A stretch of DNA of 64,000 nt from Acutalibacteraceae bacterium. Its GTDB lineage: Bacteria > Bacillota > Clostridia > Oscillospirales > Acutalibacteraceae. The notes under the pieces are model-generated. The model was not told the DNA's origin, did not search any database, and saw nothing but the letters and a program-made list of their open reading frames with translations. Of this stretch, positions 57,677-64,000 are shown one piece after another. The position numbers were made by a program, and so were the translations under genes. Positions within the stretch are counted from its first letter, which is position 1. Each line of letters opens with the position of its first letter. The stretch spans positions 1,252 to 65,251 of the forward strand of contig JAZNJD010000053.1 in NCBI GenBank assembly GCA_045577835.1, in the 5' to 3' direction.

Positions 57677-59218
57677 CTATAATAATTTTTCTATCACTGC
57701 AATAAGGTCATAGGCATCAACAATTCCGTTTTCGTCAATATCGCAAGGGTCTAGCGCCGTACTGCTAGCTATACAAACCTTTGCCCTCGCAATATCCCTT
57801 AAATCGATTATACCGTCCTCATTGACATCGCCTAAAAGGAATAAACTGCTATCAACAACACCTAGCTCACCTTCAATTGAAAAGGTGTATTCTTTAGTTT
57901 TATGGTCAGCCTTTGAAATCCTAGCCTTGTAGTTGCCTGCAGCAATATCCTCAATATACCAATAATTAAAGTTGCCCTCTAAATAGGTGGTATAAAAAGG
58001 TGTATCATCATTTAAATTAAAAAGCTCAACCTTGGTGCTTTCACTACTGTCTCCCCAGCTTAAAACCTTTCCGCCAACGGTAGCACCGTAGCCTTCAGGC
58101 GTCAACGCAACAATATACTCTCTGCCTAGTCTTTTATAGGAAGGCGTATAATATGTACCCGGAATTAAACCTTTTATTTGATAAAACATCGCTTCATAGT
58201 TTTCAGGCCACCAAGTATCAAAATAATCCTCTTCGCCCGCAAAATAGAAATTGGCTACCTTCTTTTTATCGCCTTTAAAAATGCTAGCTAGCTTTGCCGC
58301 ATCATACTCGGTGAAAACATTGTCATAATGATATGCTATTTCGGTACTAAGATTATCGGGTAATAAACCGTAAGGGTCTTCGATTATATGTCCCTCAAGC
58401 AGTCTTTCGGTGGTGATACTGAAATAGCTGTGGTGTAATTCGTCAGGTCTGCCAACATCGTCCCAGGTGATATCGGCATAGTAGTATTTACCGTCAAGGC
58501 GCAACAAATTCCATTCGTGGTTGCCGCCCTCTTTGCTTTGACCTGTAACAATATAGCTTTGAATTCCAAGGCGCTGCAATAAATACTGATAAGCTTCAGC
58601 ATAGCCTTCGCATACCGCCTTGCCGTTTACAATAGCGCCATAAGCACTATATGCCATCATACCCTGACTATCTGTAACATCAACACCTATAGCACTATAA
58701 TCATATTCAACATACTCTTCGAGCATATTGTAAAGTGCAACCGCCTTTTCATATTCAGACTTTTTATCACTTACAGCATCTAAAAGCCTTTGTGCCATTC
58801 TATTAAAAAGATGGTCATTATAATTGGTGTAATAATTTAAAAACAAATTCTTAATATATGCCTTACCGTTTTTTACAGTATGCTCATAAGAAAAACTTTT
58901 CGGGAATAGGTAATCTTCAGGGTGGTCGTTATTATATATAGAAAGAAGCATTCTCGCCATATCTTCGGTGTAAGGAATATTATAATCCTCAATCGAAATC
59001 CGAGTTTCACCGTTTTTCACAGCCGCACCGATAGCATCATAGGCCGACACTAAATTTTCACCGTTTTCCATAGTTGAAAGCTTGTTTCTACCGTAATAGA
59101 GGTCTTGTGATATATCATATAAGGGCTTTTCTTCGGCAAAAGCACTAGTAGGCAAAAACGCAAAAAGCATAACAAAACTGAGTAAAAAAGCGAATATTTG
59201 CTTACAATATTTTTTCAT
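57677..59218 (-). CDS. Secreted transglutaminase-like cysteine protease-fold protein with C-terminal dockerin
   Basis: Signal peptide. Transglutaminase core CEGYAEAY...NHEWN...ADITWDD. C-terminal duplicated Ca-binding repeats GDVNEDGIIDLRD / DIDENGIVDAYD typical of type I dockerins. Confidence 0.72.
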   Translation of the reverse strand: MKKYCKQIFAFLLSFVMLFAFLPTSAFAEEKPLYDISQDLYYGRNKLSTMENGENLVSAYDAIGAAVKNGETRISIEDYNIPYTEDMARMLLSIYNNDHPEDYLFPKSFSYEHTVKNGKAYIKNLFLNYYTNYNDHLFNRMAQRLLDAVSDKKSEYEKAVALYNMLEEYVEYDYSAIGVDVTDSQGMMAYSAYGAIVNGKAVCEGYAEAYQYLLQRLGIQSYIVTGQSKEGGNHEWNLLRLDGKYYYADITWDDVGRPDELHHSYFSITTERLLEGHIIEDPYGLLPDNLSTEIAYHYDNVFTEYDAAKLASIFKGDKKKVANFYFAGEEDYFDTWWPENYEAMFYQIKGLIPGTYYTPSYKRLGREYIVALTPEGYGATVGGKVLSWGDSSESTKVELFNLNDDTPFYTTYLEGNFNYWYIEDIAAGNYKARISKADHKTKEYTFSIEGELGVVDSSLFLLGDVNEDGIIDLRDIARAKVCIASSTALDPCDIDENGIVDAYDLIAVIEKLL

Positions 59219-59361
59219 TACAAACCCTTCCTTTTATTTAATATATCTATACACTTTAAAGATACCATATTTTAAAAAAAGTGTCAAGCAAGCCTTGAAA
59301 AAGAGAACGTGCTCATAGTATAATAAGAAGACAATTCTAATTTAAAAAGGAAAATAAAAAT

Positions 59362-59814
59362 ATGAGTAAAAAATCAGAAAAAGCAAGAGAGTTATTTTAT
59401 AAAGGCTATAATTGTTCTCAATCGGTTATCGGCGCATTTTGTGAAGATTTTGGTCTCAAATTTGATACCGCTATGATGCTTTCCTCGTCGTTTGGCGGAG
59501 GTATGGGAGGACTAAGAGAGGTTTGCGGTGCGCTTAGCGGTGCTTTTATGGTGTTAGGACTTAAATACGGCTACACCCTCCCCGAAATGACAAGTGAAAA
59601 GGCAGAACTTTATAAAAAGGTAAAAAAGCTTGCCGAAGCCTTTAAAGAAAAGCATCAAACCATTCTTTGCCGAGAGCTTTTAGAAAAGGCAAAGCTCAAT
59701 GTATCAAGCGAGCCTAGCCCTCGCACAGAAAAATATTATAAAGAAAGGCCCTGTGCCGTTTTTGTAGAAACAGCGGCAGAGCTTGTAGAAAAATTATTTG
59801 AAGAAAAATTATAA
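59362..59814 (+). CDS. C_GCAxxG_C_C-family protein
   Basis: 150 aa. YNCSQSV and EVCGALSGAF signature motifs. Confidence 0.75.
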   Translation: MSKKSEKARELFYKGYNCSQSVIGAFCEDFGLKFDTAMMLSSSFGGGMGGLREVCGALSGAFMVLGLKYGYTLPEMTSEKAELYKKVKKLAEAFKEKHQTILCRELLEKAKLNVSSEPSPRTEKYYKERPCAVFVETAAELVEKLFEEKL

Positions 59815-59825
59815 AAGGTTTTAAA

Positions 59826-61139
59826 ATGAAAAAAGATTTAACAAAAGGCAGTATAAAAAGCCACTATTTAAAATACTTTGTCGCCTCGTTTGGCAGTGCT
59901 ATGATAGGCTGTATCTACGGTGCGGTAGATGCCGCAGTTGTAGGACATTACGAGGGCCCCATAGGTACAGCGGCACTATCGGTTGTTTTGCCTATATGGA
60001 CCATTATCTACAGTCTCGGTCTATTGATAGGCATAGGCGGTTCTGTCTGCTATAGCTTTTATAAAGGTCAAGGAAAACTAGAAAAGGCTAATTCATATTT
60101 CACATTATCGGTCATTCTAACAACAATAATTAGCCTTTTTTGTCTTGTTGTAATTATATTTTTTGATGACCCGCTGCTTAAGCTTTTCGGTGCCGACGAT
60201 ACACTACTACCGCTAGCCAAAAGGTATCTGCTACCCATAAAATTTGTTATCCCTGTGTTTCCATTTTCAGAAATGATTGCCGCCTTCTTGCGCAATGACA
60301 ATGCGCCCGCCCTTGCAACAAAATCAATCCTTTTCGGTGGCATATTCAATGTGGGTGGAGATATCCTTTTTGTGTTTGTTTTCGATTTAGGTATTTTTGG
60401 CGCAGGTCTTGCAACCGCTATGGGAATTTCCTTTTCACTTCTTGCGATGCTGACGCATTTTCTAAGTAAAAACAACACATTAAGGTTTGTGAAAATATAC
60501 GGAAAAATCAAAAAGACCGTCTCGGTAGTAGTCAATGGTTTTTCCTCATTTGTAACCGATATTGCAATGGGAATTGTCGCTATGCTTTTCAACCGTCAGG
60601 TAATGCGATTTTTCGGTTCAGATGCCCTTGCGGTTTTCGGCGTTATAACACAGATGTCAGCTCTAGTGCAGTGCTCTACATACGGTGCAGGTCAGGCGGC
60701 ACAACCTATAATCTCGGTGAACTACGGTGCAAAGCTCGAGCAAAGGGTTCAAAAGACCAACAAATACGGTGTTATCACCGTGCTGATTTTCGGTGTTTTC
60801 TGGGCATCGGTTATGCTTTTATTCCCTACCTTTATGCTTAACCTCTATATGTCCCCTACCGAAAGCGTACTCAAAATCGCACCAGAAATTTTAAAAATTT
60901 ACGGTCTTTCGTATTTACTTTTACCACTAAATATATATGCAACCTATTATTTCCAATCTATAATGAAATCAAAAGTCTCTCTTTTAGTATCACTGCTTCG
61001 AGGCCTTATCCTTTGCGGAATACTCATTTTCTTACTACCGATAATTTTTGGCGACAATGCGGTTTGGTATGTTATGCTTGTAAGCGAGCTTATAGTTAGC
61101 ATTTATGTACTAATAAATATGAAAAAAGTAAATAGATAA
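59826..61139 (+). CDS. MATE-family efflux transporter
   Basis: 437 aa with about 12 TM segments and a typical MATE N-terminus. Confidence 0.85.
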   Translation: MKKDLTKGSIKSHYLKYFVASFGSAMIGCIYGAVDAAVVGHYEGPIGTAALSVVLPIWTIIYSLGLLIGIGGSVCYSFYKGQGKLEKANSYFTLSVILTTIISLFCLVVIIFFDDPLLKLFGADDTLLPLAKRYLLPIKFVIPVFPFSEMIAAFLRNDNAPALATKSILFGGIFNVGGDILFVFVFDLGIFGAGLATAMGISFSLLAMLTHFLSKNNTLRFVKIYGKIKKTVSVVVNGFSSFVTDIAMGIVAMLFNRQVMRFFGSDALAVFGVITQMSALVQCSTYGAGQAAQPIISVNYGAKLEQRVQKTNKYGVITVLIFGVFWASVMLLFPTFMLNLYMSPTESVLKIAPEILKIYGLSYLLLPLNIYATYYFQSIMKSKVSLLVSLLRGLILCGILIFLLPIIFGDNAVWYVMLVSELIVSIYVLINMKKVNR

Positions 61140-61144
61140 ACTAA

Positions 61145-61167
61145 GCCCGAGGGATTTCCCTCGGGCA
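61145..61167. terminator. Hairpin between the convergent MATE and mgsA genes
   Basis: GCCCGAGGGA-TTT-CCCTCGGGC. Confidence 0.6.
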
Positions 61168-61173
61168 TTTAAT

Positions 61174-61556
61174 TTAATCGTTAAAATATATTCCGTTTTT
61201 TAAAGCCTCTAGCATAATTTTTGCACTGCTTGTGTTAGTGGATAGTGGAATTTTTTGAACATCGCAAAGGCGAAGAAGCGCCGACACATCAGGCTCATGC
61301 GGTTGTGCTGTAAGAGGGTCACGAAGAAAAATAACAAGATCCAGATTACCGTCGGCTAGCATAGCGCCTATCTGCTGGTCACCGCCTAGAGGACCGCTTT
61401 TAAATCTATGTATTTTAAGCTCGGTCTCACCCATTATAAGAGTGCCTGTAGTACCCGTAGCAAATAGCTCGTGTTCAGCTAAAACGTCTCTATACAGTAT
61501 GGCTAATTTTATTATTTCGTCCTTTTTTTGTCATGTGCTATTAAAGCTATTTTCAT
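61174..61556 (-). pseudogene. mgsA: Methylglyoxal synthase with a -1 frameshift in an A7 tract
   Basis: The ATG at 61556 (RBS AAGGAGAA) gives [11 protein letters not shown], then a stop after the A7 run (61523-61529, T7 on the plus strand). One extra A restores ...[54 protein letters not shown]..., a full-length 127-aa MgsA. Confidence 0.8.
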
Positions 61557-61610
61557 TTTTTCTATTCTCCTTTTAAAGCCTCGGCGAAACTCACCGAGGC
61601 TTTAAGTTTT

Positions 61611-62357
61611 TTACATATAGTATCCTTTTTTCTTATAATATTTATATTCGTAGGTATTGGTGGATTTTTCGGTAGAATTAAGCACCGCACCTAATATCTT
61701 GCAGCCGCTGCTTTCAATCTGACGTCTTGCTTCTTTTGCTAGCTTTCGGCTTGTTTTACAGTCGGCTATAACAAAGAGCGCACCGTCACACATAGCGGCG
61801 ATAACTGCAGCATCTATTACCATTCCTACAGGAGGTGAATCGATAATAATATAATCATATCTCTCTTTAAGAGTTTCTAATGCCTGTTTAAGCTTTCCGT
61901 TCTCGAGAAGCTCAACTGCCATATCTGAATACTGACCTGCAAATATAACATCAAAGTTTTCGTCCTGTGTGTTATAAACAGCATCCTCAAGATCGGATGC
62001 TCCTGAAAGCACGCTTGATAGACCTACAATTTCGTTTTTCTTGGCGCTGTTTTTTAGAAGCTCCGACTTACGCATATCAGCATCCATCAAAAGAGTTTTT
62101 TTACCACTTTCCGCTAGACTCTTTGCCAGCTTTGCAGAAATGGTGCTTTTACCCTCGTTTTCAGAAGTACTGGTAACCAAAACCGTTTTTATTTCACTGC
62201 CGCAAAATAAAAGGTTAATTTTAAGAGTTTTAAAGGCTTCGGTTATCTCGTAGGTATTGAACCCTTCCATATTAAAGTTAACTTTTTTGGCATTTTTCTT
62301 GCCCTCGTCTGTTTTAGGTAAAGAGCTACCAAAATCTATATGCTTAATTTCTTCCAT
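61611..62357 (-). CDS. CpsD/CapB-family tyrosine autokinase (BY-kinase)
   Basis: 248 aa. Walker A ENEGKST, Walker A' LLMDADMRKS, and a C-terminal Tyr cluster YEYKYYKKKGYY. Confidence 0.85.
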   Translation of the reverse strand: MEEIKHIDFGSSLPKTDEGKKNAKKVNFNMEGFNTYEITEAFKTLKINLLFCGSEIKTVLVTSTSENEGKSTISAKLAKSLAESGKKTLLMDADMRKSELLKNSAKKNEIVGLSSVLSGASDLEDAVYNTQDENFDVIFAGQYSDMAVELLENGKLKQALETLKERYDYIIIDSPPVGMVIDAAVIAAMCDGALFVIADCKTSRKLAKEARRQIESSGCKILGAVLNSTEKSTNTYEYKYYKKKGYYM

Positions 62358-63102
62358 TTTGTCTTCCTCTGATAGTATTTTTACCGGAATTATCTTTAGG
62401 TCTTACATACGGAATAACGCTTAAAACCTCAAGGCCTAAATATTTTCTAACATCCTTTTTACCTTTGAGCGTATCATCAAAAATAGAAACGATGCAAACG
62501 ACAAGAATAGAAAGTACAATTCCAACAAGGAAACCGTACAACAAGTTCTGCGACATATTGAGATTTGAAGGTGACTTGGGTATTTCGGCAGAACTCATAA
62601 TATTCACAGTATCCTGTTCCATTATCTGCAATATTTCTTCTTTTGATACATCACAAATTTTATTTGCAATTTTTTGTGCATTTTCAGGATTTTTAGACGT
62701 CACATAAACTTCTAAAACTCGGCTGTTATTTGGATTTTTAATTTCTACAGAAGATTTAAGCTGGCCAACAGTCAAAGAAGTGTTTAGCTCACTTGAAACT
62801 CTAGATAGGACTCGCTTATCAAGTATAATTTCTGTATAGTCCCTTATAAGATACGAAGAAATCGAAAAATCTCCGGTATTAAGCTGCTGACTGTCATCAA
62901 TATTTTTTGTTATGAGTAACTTTGCACAAGCAACATATTCAGGCTTTATAAAAAATTTAGTATAAAGAAAAGAACAAACTAAACTTAAAATTACAACGCC
63001 TATTACAATAAACTTTCTGTTTAAAAGCTCAATTAAAACATCTTGAAAAGTCAATCCATCTGAAATTTCGGTATATTTTTTTGATTCCAAAAGTCTTTCC
63101 AC
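62344..63102 (-). CDS. Wzz/CpsC-family chain-length determinant (BY-kinase modulator)
   Basis: 252 aa with two TM segments flanking an extracellular domain. Overlaps the kinase gene by 14 nt. Confidence 0.8.
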   Translation of the reverse strand: MERLLESKKYTEISDGLTFQDVLIELLNRKFIVIGVVILSLVCSFLYTKFFIKPEYVACAKLLITKNIDDSQQLNTGDFSISSYLIRDYTEIILDKRVLSRVSSELNTSLTVGQLKSSVEIKNPNNSRVLEVYVTSKNPENAQKIANKICDVSKEEILQIMEQDTVNIMSSAEIPKSPSNLNMSQNLLYGFLVGIVLSILVVCIVSIFDDTLKGKKDVRKYLGLEVLSVIPYVRPKDNSGKNTIRGRQNGRN

Positions 63103-63123
63103 CCTCTAAAAAATATCTATATT

Positions 63124-63152
63124 ATTATATAATTATTAAATTCAAAAGTCAA
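63124..63152 (-). promoter_or_regulatory. Sigma-A-type promoter of the wzz/BY-kinase operon
   Basis: Minus strand TTGACT-N17-TATAAT, 22 nt upstream of the start codon. Confidence 0.55.
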
Positions 63153-63225
63153 TACAGTTTTAGTCTTTTTAGGAAGTATTTTTTCGCTCTTTTAAAAAGT
63201 ATTTTCAAATTTTTGAAAAAAACAC

Positions 63226-63254
63226 TTGCAATGTGGCATATTATATAGTATAAT
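63226..63254 (+). promoter_or_regulatory. Promoter of the tRNA cluster
   Basis: TTGCAA-N17-TATAAT, 31 nt upstream of the first tRNA. Confidence 0.65.
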
Positions 63255-63284
63255 AGCTTTACGCTTTTAAGAAAAGCCATATAT

Positions 63285-63360
<76 letters not shown>

Positions 63361-63368
63361 TTTTAATT

Positions 63369-63444
63369 GGTCTCGTGGTGTAGTGGTTAACATGCCAGTC
63401 TGTCACACTGGAGATCGCGGGTTCAAGTCCCGTTGGAACCGCCA
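63369..63444 (+). tRNA. tRNA-Asp (GTC)
   Basis: Anticodon arm CCAGT CTGTCAC ACTGG, T-arm GCGGG TTCAAGT CCCGT, encoded CCA. The acceptor stem has one C:A mismatch and two G:U pairs. Confidence 0.82.
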
Positions 63445-63448
63445 TTTT

Positions 63449-63525
63449 GCGCTAGTAGTTCAATTGGATAGAATACTTGACTACGGATCAAGGGGTTGTG
63501 GGTTCGAATCCTGCCTAGCGCGCCA
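63449..63525 (+). tRNA. tRNA-Arg (ACG)
   Basis: Acceptor GCGCTAG/CTAGCGC, anticodon arm CTTGA CTACGGA TCAAG, T-loop TTCGAAT, encoded CCA. Confidence 0.9.
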
Positions 63526-63531
63526 TTTTAA

Positions 63532-63560
63532 TTGACATTCACTTTGAAAAGTGATATAAT
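63532..63560 (+). promoter_or_regulatory. Internal perfect-consensus promoter within the tRNA cluster
   Basis: TTGACA-N17-TATAAT with an extended -10 TG (AGTGATATAAT), 16 nt upstream of tRNA-Pro. Confidence 0.7.
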
Positions 63561-63575
63561 CTTAATGTTGAATTT

Positions 63576-63652
63576 CGGGACTTAGCTCAGCTTGGTAGAG
63601 CATCTGGTTTGGGACCAGAGGGTCACAGGTTCGAATCCTGCAGTCCCGACCA
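63576..63652 (+). tRNA. tRNA-Pro (TGG)
   Basis: CGGGACT/AGTCCCG acceptor, anticodon arm TCTGG TTTGGGA CCAGA, T-loop TTCGAAT, encoded CCA. Confidence 0.9.
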
Positions 63653-63661
63653 TTAAGAAAT

Positions 63662-63735
63662 GCGGGTGTAGTTCAACGGTAGAACTTCAGCCTTCCAAGC
63701 TGACTACGTGGGTTCGATTCCCATCACTCGCTCCA
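63662..63735 (+). tRNA. tRNA-Gly (TCC)
   Basis: GCGGGTG/CACTCGC acceptor, anticodon arm TCAGC CTTCCAA GCTGA, T-loop TTCGATT, encoded CCA. Confidence 0.9.
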
Positions 63736-63748
63736 TATAAGACTACTA

Positions 63749-63782
63749 ATCTTGATACAATAAAAAGTATCGAGATTTTTTC
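63749..63782 (+). terminator. Intrinsic terminator after the tRNA cluster
   Basis: ATCTTGATAC-N8-GTATCGAGAT (one mismatch) followed by a T-run. Confidence 0.65.
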
Positions 63783-64000
63783 TTTTTATAGGGGTTCAAG
63801 TCCCACCGTTACGCCTTTTATTTGCCCTGTGTGGGCTTTTTTTCTTTTTAAGGCACTGTTTTTCAAGCAAAAAATAATAAGCGAACAGGTTTGAAGTTTT
63901 AACTTTTTAACGATTACTAGGTTAGGGGTACAGACTTTTTTAACAATTTAACGATTACTTAAAATAAATCGCTTTTTATTGTATACTATAGGCACTAGAT

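Noticed and set aside
63369-63444. tRNA-Asp as a pseudo-tRNA because of a weak acceptor stem (C4:A69 mismatch, two G:U pairs)
   Set aside because: The D, anticodon and T arms fold normally and CCA is encoded. It sits in an operon with four good tRNAs, so one mismatch is insufficient to call it non-functional. It is worth a tRNAscan score check.
63592-63894. 100-aa plus-strand ORF
   Set aside because: It runs straight through tRNA-Pro and tRNA-Gly and the terminator. It is an artefact of translating structured RNA genes.

Overview
Chromosomal segment of about 40% GC from a Clostridia-type Firmicute. A dockerin-bearing secreted protein and the gene content suggest a Ruminococcus/Oscillospiraceae-like organism. 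Most of the window is housekeeping. 1-12.3 kb (minus strand) holds rluD-lspA-divIVA-ylmH-sepF-ylmE, an HlyD-like gene, then miaA-mutL-mutS-ylbF-miaB. 12.4-26.5 kb (plus strand) holds lepA, a VanY-like peptidase, murD, two M42 peptidases, ynbB, pcrA and rlmD. 54.8-63.1 kb holds pepP, yebC, dusB, a MATE pump, mgsA, a BY-kinase and Wzz, followed by a five-tRNA cluster. Four accessory or unusual regions stand out. (1) 26.5-35.3 kb is a compact, fully intact phage head and DNA-packaging operon: short TerS, TerL, 49-aa membrane ORF, scaffold, capsid with an Ig-like tail, portal, adaptor, a 699-aa structural protein and a GHL10 lipoprotein. It has no integrase, replication, lysis or tail-fibre genes and lies between housekeeping genes, so it is a candidate GTA-like or domesticated capsid system. 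(2) 37.5-39.2 kb is a structured non-coding region. A 352-bp insert sits in the loop of a terminator hairpin, and an uninterrupted copy of that hairpin lies 1.6 kb away. The insert carries an AGTGATATT iteron array. Next to it are a GTAG-type REP pair and an AT-rich islet encoding a SLOG protein and two XRE regulators. (3) 39.2-46 kb is an Arn-like lipid-linked amino-sugar operon (aminotransferase, GNAT, GT2, two SMR-like flippase subunits) plus an LtaS-like/NUDIX/LOG operon. (4) 46.1-54.7 kb is an AraC-controlled operon (tandem PIG-L deacetylases, NagB-like, PfkB). It is followed by a small Cys-rich ORF behind a promoter-hairpin-terminator leader and by an XRE plus RAYT-like HUH transposase gene whose coding sequence contains the same REP hairpins in frame. 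Last comes a GH2 glycosidase gene interrupted only by two in-frame stop codons. mgsA carries a 1-nt frameshift in an A7 tract. No rRNA genes or CRISPR arrays were seen.
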